Positions 42,401 through 55,216 are shown, counted from the stretch's first letter. The stretch is 64,000 nt of DNA from Takakia lepidozioides (GCA_030704615.1 CM060732.1:37634001-37698000); one strand, 5' to 3'. Notes: generated from the sequence alone by a model not told the origin. Numbers and translations are program-made.

Positions 42401-44750
42401 ACCTTCTGTGTCCCTGCCATGTCAGAGTTGGACCAAACAGACAGGAATGAAGAATCAAGTAGAGCTGTAAGATATGCTGACTGTTGTCCATCAGCTAGTC
42501 ACCTGAACATCAGATCTGGGGGTTCTATTGGCTGGGCTCTATACCGTGGGACTTTCTGGGGTTGACGTGGAGTGCAAATGATAAAGGGAGGGAGGGAGTT
42601 TTCTGTAGAATCCAAAGACCCCATAGTCTTCTGTCTGCCAGTCTAGTGTCTTCTGTGGACTTGCATGGTTGCAGTGTAAAATTTTCCTTCTTTCTCTTCG
42701 AGTTTTGCAAGTGCATGCATGAGTCTGAAACATTGTGCAGAGACCAGAGAAGTATCTCGGGGAGGTGGAAACTTGGACTCGAGCAGAAAAAGCCTTGGAG
42801 AATGCTCTAAATGCTCTTGGCAAAGATTGGAAGGTTATTCTCGTCCCTATCAGTCTTCCCCTACCATTAAGTCTCTTTTTTTGAGGATATCTTCAGTTCC
42901 ACTCTAGTCCATTGACCTGACTGTGAGGGCACTGCTCTTGGAGAAAGAATGTATTTTGATTATTCTACTCAATGAGGAAGGGTGCTCAAAATGGCCAAGT
43001 GTTTTAAGTTATTACATTGCAATTTATTTGAAAGCATGATCTTACTCCAATGAATCCATGGATTATTTCACATAAAAATCTCAAATGTTACCATTATCAT
43101 CATCATTCGAGTAGCATATTTTTTAGCTATTACATTTGTAGCTAGCATCTGTAAGTCATTTTACAATATCACTATTCACCATTTGTTCCAGTACTCCATA
43201 CAGGATTGGACGTCCCTAAGGAACTGACGCAATAAATAACAAGATTCCCATCATCTTGTATCATCAAGATGAATTCTTGTGCATTTCCTTGGGGACACGT
43301 ATGTGGACCAGTGTTCCAAAGCGCACGTCCATTTCCATCATAAAGAATGTGGAACTTCTAATCCGGTGACTGCCCAAAACCTCTGCATGTTGCACACTAC
43401 AGCAGTTATTTGACTGGTTATCTCGCTTTGGGGTTATCTGATGGATTCTTGCAGATAGCTGATGGCGATGGTGCATTCTATGGGCCCAAAATCGACATTA
43501 CTGTGTTCGATGCTTTGAAGAGACCGTTTCAGTGTGCCACAGTACAGGTGATTCATCGCTCACCATGTGCATGATATCATAGTGGCAGTTTTGAAGTTAC
43601 AAGGTGTTTTGTAGAATAACGACAGAGCTTGAGAGTTGATATGAATGTGCCTGGCTCTGACATAGATGCTTCTTCCTCGAAATTTGCAGCTTGACTTCCA
43701 GCTACCTATTCGATTCAACCTTTCATTCTCCACGGAAGATGAAGCGAAAAGGGAAAAGCCTGTGATAATACACCGAGCAGTTCTTGGTTCTGTAGAGAGA
43801 ATGTTTGCAATATTGCTTGAGCATTATGCAGGCAAATGGCCTTTCTGGCTTAGCCCACGGCAAGCCATTCTATGCCCAGTCTCTGAGAAATCTACAGAAT
43901 ATGCAGTGGAGGTGAGTCAATCAAAGATCTTACATAGAATGCACACCCTGATCTTTCCATGTTGTGTATTCATCTGTTTTCAACTGTCAATATCCTTGCT
44001 TAGGTTGCTAGAAATCTTTTGAATTACCTATATTATGAGACCACGGAACTATATACCTATGCGATTATCTGTGTCTTTCTATAATGGAGCTTAAGTTTGG
44101 ATGATTGGGGTTTTCAGGTTCGGGACAAATTATGTGAAGCAGGCTTCTATGTGGAAGCTGATGTCTCTGACCGTAAAATGGAGAAAAAGGTAGTGTTTTA
44201 TCAGCTTTCCAGATTTTGTCCATTCTTCATGGGGGTTGACCCTAGGCCTGCATGTTTGGAAATGCTGACAAGACCACAGTCTGCAAAAAGAGGGTTGATA
44301 CTGGCTGTGAGATAGAAGGAGCATTGGATTTAGTGAATGATGAGCTTGTTTAACAAGGATTGCATGATCTGGTTTGCAGGTGCGAGATGCACAGTTAGCA
44401 CAATTCAATTACATTCTGGTGGTTGGGGAGCAAGAGGCAAGCACAAATCAGGTCTGTTTGAGGATTTGCTCTGACTGCACCCGGAGACTATGCTTGCTGC
44501 AGAGTCGTTGAATAAAACTCTTTCACAAGTAGTTGTGGCTGTAGACCGCATGGGCCCGAGTGACCCAATGTGCAGTGTGATGGCAGTGTCAACATTTCCT
44601 TTGTGTTGGCTGAGCTCTCTTAAAGAACTTCCCTTGTACTGTGGCTGGTGACAGGTCAATATTCGCACACGAGACAACCTGCGACATGGCATGAAGACTA
44701 TACCAGACTTGATAGCAGAGTTTGAAGCAAAAGCTGCAGCTTTCCAGTAG
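36449..44750 (+). CDS. ThrRS: Threonyl-tRNA synthetase (cytosolic-type, multi-exon)
   Basis: TGS domain, [120 protein letters not shown], stop at 44748-44750. Telo-box AAACCCTA near 36343. Confidence 0.96.
40892..41470. repeat. Recent ~290-bp tandem duplication in a ThrRS intron
   Basis: 40892-41181 and 41182-41470 are near identical (a 1-bp indel and ~2 substitutions seen). Confidence 0.9.
41570..41875 (-). mobile_element. 3' fragment of the first LINE family in a ThrRS intron
   Basis: [37 protein letters not shown] on the minus strand. Confidence 0.8.
42982..43344 (-). pseudogene. Copy of the lectin 3' CDS and 3' flank inserted in a ThrRS intron
   Basis: Near-identical direct copy of 45294-45665. 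Confidence 0.9.
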
Positions 44751-45483
44751 AATATTGTTTCTTCTCCAAGGGAAAGTGGTCTATACATTTATTCTAACTA
44801 GTGAAGAACTGTTATATTGAAAGCTCAGTTGAACCAGTTCATTGGCTGCCACTTGGGCTTCTCCGCAATGCACAAGCACTACACATTGCAAAGGGCCACC
44901 CATAGGAAAATTTTCTGTTCATCCAACTCTTGCAAACATTTCAGAGGAGAGTGTTTTCTCCTTTATATACCACGTGATAGAATCTTTATTTTATCCTTTA
45001 TATACCAGACCATCAAATGGTACGAAACCCTTCTAGAAGTCCACACATCATATCAGGGCGTAATGCTAATGCATCCGCCACCCTCGAACCATGTGAATGC
45101 AATTATAGTGATGTGAAGCATATTATAATGCGACTTCAAAAGCATGGATTTGAATGCATGCTCTCTTACATTCACTTCATTCATCCGCCTCACCACTCAC
45201 TTTCATCTCCTAATCTCCACTAGTTCCTTTCTTCATCCATATATATAATAAGTTGGAAGATTGCGCAATTGCAGTCCATCCACTTTCAAATCAGTGCTCA
45301 AAATGGCCAAGTGTTTTAAGTTATTACATTGCAATTTATTTGAAAGCATGATCTTACTCCAATGAATCCATGGATTATTTCACATAAAAATCTCAAATGT
45401 TACCATTATCATCATCATTCGAGTAGCATATTTTTTAGCTATTACATTTGTAGCTAGCATCTGTAAGTCATTTTACAATATCA

Positions 45484-45978
45484 CTATTCACCATTTGTTC
45501 CAGTACTCCATACAGGATTGGACGGATTGGACGTCCCTAAGGAATTAACGCAATAAATAACAAGATTCCCATCATCTTGTATCATCAAGATGAATTCTTG
45601 TGCATTTCCTTGGGGACACGTATGTGGACCAATGTTCCAAAGCGCACGTCCATTTCCATCGTAAACCACCAAATTTCCATCACTCTGCATAGAAGAGTAA
45701 CAGTTGGAACCTGCATCATATGTGCCGCTGCTCCATAGTGCTTGCCTAGTAGCTGTCTTGTACATCACCAAATTGCAGTCACTTTGCATGACAAGATTGT
45801 ATGTCGAAGACTGACTATTTAGGTACTCTATTTGATGTTTTTTTAGGTCGTAGTATTGATACAAACAACAACCCCCCATGAGATTTGGAATACAACAAGC
45901 AATACTCTTAGCTGGGACTATGGAAACTATGAGACATAGAAGTATCAACACCGTTTTGAACACACTTTTGGCATCCAT
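45484..45978 (-). CDS. Secreted GNA-related (bulb-type) mannose-binding lectin, intronless, 164 aa
   Basis: Hydrophobic signal peptide and three QxDxNxVxY motifs ([27 protein letters not shown]), ending VWSTGT. Confidence 0.9.
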   Translation of the reverse strand: MDAKSVFKTVLILLCLIVSIVPAKSIACCIPNLMGGCCLYQYYDLKKHQIEYLNSQSSTYNLVMQSDCNLVMYKTATRQALWSSGTYDAGSNCYSSMQSDGNLVVYDGNGRALWNIGPHTCPQGNAQEFILMIQDDGNLVIYCVNSLGTSNPSNPVWSTGTNGE

Positions 45979-46489
45979 ATTGTTGTTGTAGGCTTATAAA
46001 AGATTCCTCTTTATTGGGCCATGCCTTAAGGCAATGAATATGCATTCACTTGGGTCTACAACTACCTCAAGGCTAAAAATAACTTGGATATTAACGTTAA
46101 AAGTAGGTAATCTCGTCTTGACTAAGCAAATTCTACATATGTACAACTACCTTACCCTTAAAATTAGCTTGGACTTTAATGTTAGGGCTATACATTTATT
46201 TGAGTTTACAACTACCTTAACCCCTTAAGGATGAGCCTATTTTTGAATGAGGGTATATCTCTCATTTGAGAAACATCTGAGAGGATGAACCGCACCAAAG
46301 TGATCCCACCTACTTCATGCACCTCCAGTAAAATTTTAAGGAGATTTGACCGTCTAATTTGGAAGATTATAACAAAAGTCCTAGGCCAAAAAAACATTTG
46401 CATGATGTATTTTCAACATGAGCCCACCATCCCACCTTTACGAGTGATTTTATTTTTAATTCCTGCAGATGCTGAATCATCGTGGTAAC

Positions 46490-47183
46490 CTACTCTTTGG
46501 TTTTTGTAAAATACTGACATACACACCATGTGGTGTATGAAGGAAGTCTGACTTTCACATCGGAGTAGTCTCTCAACATTGTGTTATCCAACAAAAATGG
46601 ATTGAATAATGCTCCCGCATAGTGCAAATCCGTACGCATCATATGCAAATGATGCAATAACTCCTCTGAGCACGCTCTGCCACGAGGGAGAATGGTTGGT
46701 GTCTCAAGGATATATAGAACACGGTTCTCAAGATTTTTCATTAGTAACCATGTTTTACCCATGACCTCATAAATGTAAATAATGCGGGTTTCACCTTTTT
46801 CGAGAATCTCGCAATGTTCCAGCAATGTTCTCGGATTCCCTTCACCAGTACAATTCCTGATTCCTGAGCTAGGATTGTCTTCAACCTCCAAACAACGCCA
46901 GCGCACAATTCGAGCGAGGTCATCCTCTGCTGGAGGTCGTGAAGATTCCATACGGTGTCGCTTGCAGGCGGATAGGAACTGTCGAAGACCAGTTTTATAT
47001 GGCGATTTTCGTGAACAACAGTAACAATCGGCTTCCAGATGCAGTAGGACTAAAAAAATATGCTCATAAAACACAGCTAGAATGGCCCACAATGCTTGGA
47101 AGGCATCGTGACACCCGTTTTGCGAGCCAACTTCTTGATGGTGGATTGATTGGTGAAAGCGGAATCCGCTTTAGAACACACCA
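46490..47183 (-). mobile_element. Decayed DNA-transposase fragment (hAT/DUF659-like)
   Basis: Frameshifted peptide with MMRTDLHYAGALFNPFL, resembling the hAT LHxAGxxLNP motif. Related pieces lie at 47400-47550, 49080-49480 and 55667-56430. Confidence 0.45.
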
Positions 47184-47833
47184 TCAATGATCTTCAATAT
47201 GACACACAACCCCATTTTATTTTTTTTCTTCCCATACATTCTTTTTAAGAAATTTGTAACACAAAGGCAAAGAAGTACCCCTATTTGTTTTGTAAGTGTA
47301 ATTTTTATAATATTAAGTACCACAACCTTTTTTTTTTAAATAAATCTTTTAGAATATTTAATTTTCAAGAGTTTGTTGGAGCCCATGTTTTATCGCACAT
47401 TGTTTGGAATTCATGTCGAGTGACTTTCCTAGACACTACACTATTCCGGTGATGGTGAATCTGGCTGGGGATATCTTACATGCTTGCAAAGGACTTAGCA
47501 ACTTCGTTGCCAGCCCCCAGTTGCTTCACCTCTTAGCTGAGGGGCAGAGGTTCATAGCGTGTAATTATTAGAAGAACATGGATGTCATGGAACACTTATG
47601 GAGATGCACATGCTGTTAACGACCTTCATGGCGCTGTCGACGACAATCACAAATTCAATCGCGATTTCTACGCACGGATCATTCAAGATGTTTTCGGAAG
47701 AACAATTGAAGAGATCATTACCGATGGCCCCCTCAAGAATACTACAACCTGTCAGTTAGAGGTGCGACAATCACACGAAGCCACAAAAATGTTTACGTAC
47801 GTAGTCTCGTGTAGAATAATAGAGGTGAATGAT

Positions 47834-48225
47834 TAGTCAATCTTCGTCATACAATCTTGTCATGCAAAGTGACTGCAATTTGGTGATGTACAAGACAGCT
47901 ACTAGGCAAGCACTATGGAGCAGTGGCACGTATGACGAAGGTTCCAACTGTTACTCTTCTATGCAGAGTGATGGAAATTTGGTGGTTTACGATGGAAATG
48001 GACGTGCGCTTTGGAACACTGGTCCACATACTTGTCCCCAAGGAAATGCACAAGAATTCATCTTGATGATACAAGATGATGGGAATCTTGTTATTTATTG
48101 CGTCAGTTCCTCAGGGACGTCCAATCTTCTATGGAGAACTAGAACAAATGGTGAATAGTGATATTGTTAGATGACTTACAGATGCCAGGTACAAATGTAA
48201 TAGTTAAAAAATATGCTACTCGAAT
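47834..48225 (+). pseudogene. C-terminal half of a second lectin copy (no signal peptide) plus 3' flank
   Basis: Inverted copy of ~45418-45817. ORF 47829-48158 retains the three QxDxNxVxY motifs but has a foreign 5' end. Confidence 0.85.
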
Positions 48226-48843
48226 TTTGGGATGCAACTTGTCATCTACAACGAAGGTGTGCACCCTGTTGCCAACCTCAATGCAGCAACAACCTGGCTC
48301 CTTTCCAACCCCCTCTGACCTTCATCATTCTTCTCACCTTTGCACTATCATCCCACCTGTCAGCTGCAGCATAGATGTTTGATATAACAACACATAAGTC
48401 ACGGCATCCTGTTCATCCCACTTGAGGATAGATGTTGCCACACGTTCAGCCATCTCCACATTGCCATGGATTCTGCAGGCACCAAGCAAGCCCTTCCACA
48501 CCACAACATCTGGATTGATTGGCATTATAATATCCACTACCTCATCCAGTTGTCCCGCACGTCCAAGAAGGTCCACCATGCAGCCAAAGTGCTTTACTGG
48601 CGGGGTGACACCATGATCTTGACTCAGGGAATCAAAGTAGCGTCTTCCTTCATTCAGTAGGCCAGTGTGACTGTATGCAGAGAGAACACATATAAAGGCC
48701 CATACTATCCGGCTTCAAGCCGTTCTTTTGCATTCCTTTAAATAGTTGCAGGACCTCCCTGTGACAACTATGCTGGGCATATCCTGCGATCATCCCATTC
48801 CACAACACCACATTTCATTCAGACACATTGTCAAATGCTCCCT
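48226..48843 (-). pseudogene. PLS/E-class PPR gene fragment
   Basis: WNGMIAGYAQH, MVDLLGRAGQLDE, PDVVVWKGLLGACRIHGNVEMAERVA, TYVLL, and an E/E+ region, with frameshifts. Confidence 0.85.
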
Positions 48844-51169
48844 TAATGGTAACATTTGAGATTTTTATGTGACATAATCCATGGATTCATCGGAGTAAGA
48901 TCATGCTTTCAAATAAATTGCAATGTAATAACTTAAAACACCTGGCCATTTTGAGCACTGATTTGAAAGTGGATGGACTGCAATTGCACAATCATCCAAC
49001 TTATATATATGGATGAAGAAAGGAACTAGTGGAGATTAGGAGATGAAAGTGAGTGGTGAGGCGGATGAATGAAGTGAAGAAGGCAGATGAGCTTCCGAAC
49101 ATGAAATGTCTTCCGAACTGGTAACAAAGTTGCTAGGCCCTTTGCGAGCCTGTAAGATATCCCCAGTCAGATGCAACATCATTGGAGTAGTGCAATGTCT
49201 TGCAAAAGACACGAACTTTTGATGTTGTGGATGCCACACCGACTTAGTACCAAATTCTACGTTCTCCATGAACACTTGAAGCAAGAATCTACGCAAAAAA
49301 ACAGTCGTAGTTTTCTCAATAACGCAAGGACGCAACTCGAGCGAGGTCATCCTTTGTTGGAGGTCGTTAAAATTCCATAGCGTATCGCTTGCAAGCGGAT
49401 ACGAGGTGTGGAAGACGACCAGTTTTCTATGACGATTTTTGTGAACAACATTAACGAGCAGCTTCACTTCCTGCTGCATCTGCAGAAGGACATGAAATGC
49501 CATCGTGTTTGGCGTCATCGCGTTTGTCACTCATTCTAGCACGCTAGCAGACAGGATCCCCAGCAGGTGACAAAGCCTGAATAGCATACAAACGAGCTAG
49601 AAGACAAGATCCACAACATGCGACTCAAATTGTGAAGGCATGTCACTCAAATTCTATTTCACATCCACTAAGATTCAAATCATGCCACATTTAAAAAAAA
49701 TAAAAATAAAAATTTGTCAAAAGCATATAGCGCCCGAGCTTAGTCTCTGTTATAGGATCGTACACCCTCCAGAAATACCTATGTATCAAAACCGTAGCGT
49801 CTATACAGAGGACCCGCCATCATCTCCCTCACTAATCTGTCTAGGGTGTAACCCTACACCATGCTCATGTGAGTCATGAAGATCACGAGGAGCTAGTAGG
49901 CAGAAAAACTGAAGGGAGGCTGGAAGACACACACCTCTACACTTGAGTGACCTAAGTGATTGTGGCACTAGGTTGGATGAAGATCACGAGAAGCTAGTAG
50001 GCAGAGAAAGACGAAGAAAGACAGAGAAAGTTGAAGGGAGGCTGGGATGACACACTTCATCATTCACCTCTATTATTCTACACGGGACTACGTACGTAAA
50101 TATTTTCGTGACGTTGTGTGATTGTCGCACCTCTAAATGGCAGGTTGCAGTAATCTAGAGGGGGCCATCGGTGATGATCTCTTCAATTGTTCTTCCGAAA
50201 ACATCTTGAATGATCCGTGCGTAGCTACAAGTACAAATTAACGTTTTTATGACTATGGATATCACTGCATTTGTAGTGATAAGTGATGTTATGACTACCT
50301 CACTCTGCATTGACAAACACGAAGTCAGTTCTACCATGACTAGAGAGTGATAAGTGCGAAGTCATGGTCGTCACTAAGGTCGTGGCATGCAGGGTTTGGT
50401 GACGTAGTCATAACAAATATGACTACACGACTGAAAGTTATGACTGAGGTTACGGCTATATCACTACAACATTGTGCCTACATGGAGAGGCCTCTGCATA
50501 ACACGTGGGATCCTTGGGCATTGACATGTGTAATCATCACCTGATGGTGCAGTGGAGTAGTCATATCTTTATGACTACACGACTATGGGTATAACTATGT
50601 CACTACAACACTACAGATGGCACGTGGTCTCGTTGCGGCAGGTGTGACTGACACGTGTTGATTATGTACATTTATAATTTATTAAATGTTATTTAATTTT
50701 AAATGACTAATTTAGATATTAAATTAAATTAAATTAATATGAAATTTAATATTGTAGAGCTCTCATAAGCACAACAATTGGCAAAGGGGAAAGGCCACCA
50801 AGACACAACCCCTATGCAGGGAAAGAGAGCATGCATTAATCTTTCAATGACCAACGAATTGACCCCAACCCTGCTGACAGTTGTAAAGAGTGGCAAAGAA
50901 AGATTCTACCACCAACCCTGTTGCATAGACTAGCAGAAGCAACAACATGATACAATATGAAAGACACAACTACAATCAAACATGTCATCCATAGAAACAC
51001 CACAACACAGCCTCAGAGGACATTGCACCTTCGAACGATATTGGATGTTAATACATCAGACACTGACATGGTGTTCAAACCAGTCTGCCTATATATATTC
51101 CCAAAATATACTTCATTTTTCAAGCACGATGTTGCTAAGCACTACCGCAACAAAAAATTGACCATCTAT

Positions 51170-52600
51170 GCAGGTTTCTTGTAGCTATCCTTCCACAGGG
51201 ATTCATAGGTAATCTGGGGCTTGAAATCCAACCCTCTTGGATGAATCTGGACCCACACTCTATCCCTGCTCCTTCAGCTATCCATGCTTCTACACAAAAT
51301 CATGCATACATCCTTGTTTTGCTGCTAGCAGCTGACAATGACAGCCTAGATTTGTTCTAGGAAATACCCAACTCAACTTATCACACTAGTTCCTATGCTC
51401 AATGGCATCTGCTACTCTCTGTAATCCAACAGGCATTCACCTTTTTGCCTCGATTGTCCCACCATTGACTGGAGTCAGAAAGTATTCATTCCACAGCTTC
51501 TCCTCGTCTCTGTTACCTGTTTCTAGACACTTTCCTATTGTCACATTGGCAGTACCATGTCAAAGTCACTCCAAACTATCAAAGGTTCACTCAACCAGCT
51601 AACTTGCATAATTCAACATGAGGGCCAATTCCGATTAGAGGGAAAAACAAGGTGAATTGTGTTGAAGAATGTGCCTTGATTACCAGTGCTTGATTTTATC
51701 AATTGTGCCGCTGCTGCTGCGGCTTCCAGTTGATCATCTACCCATGCATGTTTTTTGTAGCTATCCTTCCACATGGAATCATAGCAACCGACAATGACAG
51801 CCTATATTTGTTCCAGCAAATACCCAACTCCAGTTATCACCCTATGCTCAATGGCATATGCTACTCTCTATAATCCAACAGGCATTCACCTTTTTGCCTC
51901 TATTGTCCCACCAATGACTGGGGTTAGAAAGAAGCTTTTTGGACTTCCCCTATCTACTTCTCCTCTGCATATAAGCAAGCAGACCAGAACATCCAAACTC
52001 AATTGCAAGACTGAGTAGAACATCTCAACCGGCAACAACCAGTAACTGAACTGCTCAGAAACACATTCAAATTGAAGTTGGAACACGGAGGGAGACAACC
52101 TAGGATGGAAACATAACGGAACCCTTAATGTCAATGATACATGGAACATACAGTACTAACATTCAACATGTCAGACAAAAGCTCCATGGGGTGCCTTCGA
52201 ACATAAGACCGAGAAACATGAATGGCCAACACTCCATTTGCTTGCTCATTTTCTTCTGTGTAAAATTGCATGTGAACCTGCACACCTACATGTACAAAGA
52301 AACCATCACTGTCATAACAACATATCACGAGCTCAAACGTGCCACTCCAAGAGCCAACATTGAGTTGAATATACTGTTCTAACGTGGCTAAGCCCATAGA
52401 TCCATCATTCTCTCCCTCTTCATCTCCATTACTATACGCAGCAGTCTCAGACGACACAGCTTGGCTGCAACGGATGCAAAGAGGCTCATGCTTCCTCCTC
52501 CTCCTTACCTCGAGGCCTGAGGAAGATTTCCCTTGCAGTCCTCTCAACATTAATCCTACACTGTTGTTGAGTCTTTGATAGCAGCATGCTGAATCCATGG
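51170..52600 (-). pseudogene. Disrupted fragment of a plastid-targeted gene (DUF3598-like), with an internal duplication
   Basis: Transit-peptide-like Ser/Arg-rich segment, then LEQYIQLNVGSWSGTF (resembles the DUF3598 N-terminal NxGxWxGxF motif). Stops and frameshifts present; 51180-51480 resembles 51757-51930. Confidence 0.45.
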
Positions 52601-53789
52601 CAACCAAAAAAGAAAAAAATGTACCCCCTAAAACACTAAGTCTGGAGAATTGAACAACAAAATCAATAGAGTGGGGAGCAGTCTACTTGCACAAGTAATA
52701 TTCACAACAACAGATTTCTGGCCTGAATAGCTACCTACTGATGATGCTTCTGGTTGCAGGCTTCTGGGAGGACGCAGTCTTACGATCCCTACCCAACAGG
52801 TTAGTTGGAAAACTAGGTCAAATTTGCATACCTGGTACAAGTCATCTAGCGTAACATTGTCGAAGAGCACCTGTAGGACAAAGGCGATTCTCGATGCACA
52901 GCCAATACTATTCAATAGATATTCGGAAGTAAACGTAGTTATCTCTTTGCTACATGTTCTCAAAGCTTTCTGGGTTGAGATCAGATCAATTTGCAAGTCT
53001 GCAGTTTTGCCCTTTTCCCTAACTATCTCCTCGTTCAAGTCTTGTACTCACCAACCCACCAACACCTCTTTTACTCAATCATCTTTGATCACAACATCCA
53101 ACTTCAACATTCTCGAGACATGCTCTAGCTATATAGGTCCCTTCTTGACGGCTTTGTTTCGTATTCATGAATTCAAACTTGTGCAAAGTCACAGCTCGTG
53201 CAAAGTTTCGAGGAAACTCAGACTAGCTATATAGACCGCTATTTACTCATGCTCACTTCAGGGCAGCGTCATACATAATGTGAGAGCTCTATGTTATGAT
53301 GCAATCACTGTAGCCAGTTATAGTGACACTTATCTTTTGGGCGATGTGGAGGGTAGAAAGTTGCATTGTCCCCACAAGGTTAGGTACCTCTATGTGATGT
53401 TCAATGCGATCGGTGACAACCTGACGATCTTGTAGCATGGTTTTCCAGCGTTCTTGCTCCTTCACCAAGCCCTCGTGCTTGGTCTCCAACTCGCTCACCA
53501 GCTCGAAATACGGAACCTGTCACCCAGTCATACAAAATTCAAGCTTATGTGACTGCCGATTCGATCGCCAAGTTATTTGCTCTCGACAGCGATGCCCTTA
53601 TCACCCAGTGGCCTCGGGAAGGATACATTTATATATATATATATTCACAAGACTTTGTTTGCAGTAGCTAGCCTCGTGGCCATAGATGGTCTCGCGCCCA
53701 GCTTGGACGGAAACATAGATAACATTCGGCACTACAGTTGGGCTTTCAAGAAATCCTAGAGCTAGACAGCCAGACATACGTCAAGCATC

Positions 53790-54380
53790 AATCTGCTGTG
53801 TGTGAGCAGCCCAAAAGCCCTTTGCACCCTCGATGCACCCACATTTTGCATACATGTCCACGAGTACTGTTCAGAATGACATCGGGTACAATTCCAGCTC
53901 TGACAATGTCACCGTGGACCTCTTTGCCCTTTTCCAGGGCTGCCAGGCTTACGCATGCATTGCAAATGCAATCAAATGTGATGTGGTCGGGCTTCACCCC
54001 TTCCGCAATCATTTGATCGTAGGTCTCCAAAGCCTCCTTCCCGCGGCCTTGCTATGCATACCCCGTAAGCATTGTTTAGCCACATTGTTGCAAACTCCGT
54101 TCACATCCTCGATGCACCTACATTTCACATACATGTCCACGAGGGTGTTATTGCAAACTTAAACGAATGTGACCCGGTCCGGCTTCACCCCTTCCTGCAT
54201 TATTTGCTCATACGTCTCCGAAGCCTCTATACCACGCCCCCACTGTGCATATCCTCGCCCTTCCTACATCATTTGCTTAAGAATAAGCTCAAGAAAACTG
54301 CATCAGTGCTCAAGAATAGGTCGCAAAGCCTCAACCCCACCCCCTTGCATTGCATATCCTGTGATCGTCCCGTTGCATGA
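53790..54380 (-). pseudogene. PLS-class PPR gene fragment
   Basis: YDQMIAEGVKPDHITFDCICNACVSLAALEKGKEVHGDIVRAGIVPDVIL plus further degenerate repeats, with frameshifts. Confidence 0.8.
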
Positions 54381-54978
54381 CATAAGTTCTCCCCGCTTCG
54401 GCTCAACACTACGAAAACATATGGTAGTGCGGGAGACAAAAAGAAGCCAAGTCCCATCCCTCTGTGTTCACGGGTGAACGTGGGCAACCCTAAAGCAATT
54501 TTTTGAATTTTTTAACTTTTTGCACTTTGTGTCATTCCATCCACACAAACGTTTTGTTAAAGATAGATGGATGAGGTCATCCAATGGATGAACCCTTTCA
54601 TGTATATGCCTTAAGATGCCACGTGTAGTGATGTAGTCATATAAACATAGTTGTGAAACCTACTGTAGTCATGTAGTCATAAGCTTCTATGGCATGTCAT
54701 CAATGTGTAGTAGTGGTGTAGTCATTTAGTCATAAGTTTATATGGCACGTGTCTGACGTGTAGTATTGCGTATGACGACTAATTATATAAACCAAGCATG
54801 TGTTCTTGGTCAACAATGTTTGACCACTTCTTCAATATGTACAAACAAACAATAATAAATAATAAATAATAAATAATAAACAATCTATGGTAAAAAGAGA
54901 AAATTGATAAGATATTGCATAATATTTTGGTGTTAATTTCCAATGCAAGATGGAGGAGGTTTGAGATTAAAAAAAAAA

Positions 54979-55216
54979 CACATCGGCTGGTAGCTCAGCT
55001 GATAAGTGCACAGTGTGTGTCACTCAGGTGGTTTGGGGTTCGAACCCGCTGCCTTGCCCCGTGTGTGGGACTGTTCGTGTGACGGTATGTTTGGGTGTTG
55101 ATCGTCCTGTAGGTCTTATGGCCCATAAATGAATGGGGGATAATCTTTCCCCCTCCTCAAGGGCCTGAATTGTGGGCTGTCGCTCCCAGATTGCCTTAAA
55201 TAAATAAATAAATAAA
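54979..55216 (+). mobile_element. tRNA-derived SINE-like element
   Basis: TGGTAGCTCAG (box A), GGGTTCGAACCC (box B), shared tail gggcctgaattgtgggctgtcgctcccag, then (TAAA)n. Confidence 0.7.

Larger units (their letters stand above)
50245..54780. mobile_element. Putative Pack-type (CACTA-like) non-autonomous element: inverted GACTAC/GTAGTC arrays bracketing host-gene fragments
   Basis: Left array 50245-50637 (atgactac repeats, CACTACAAC at 50462 and 50601) is inverted relative to the right array 54618-54780 (tgtagtg, gtagtcat). Exact termini and TSD were not resolved. Confidence 0.45.

Noticed and set aside
54979-55055. Possible tRNA gene (also at 5035 and 35974)
   Set aside because: Boxes A and B are present but there is no convincing cloverleaf, and each continues into a shared SINE-like tail.
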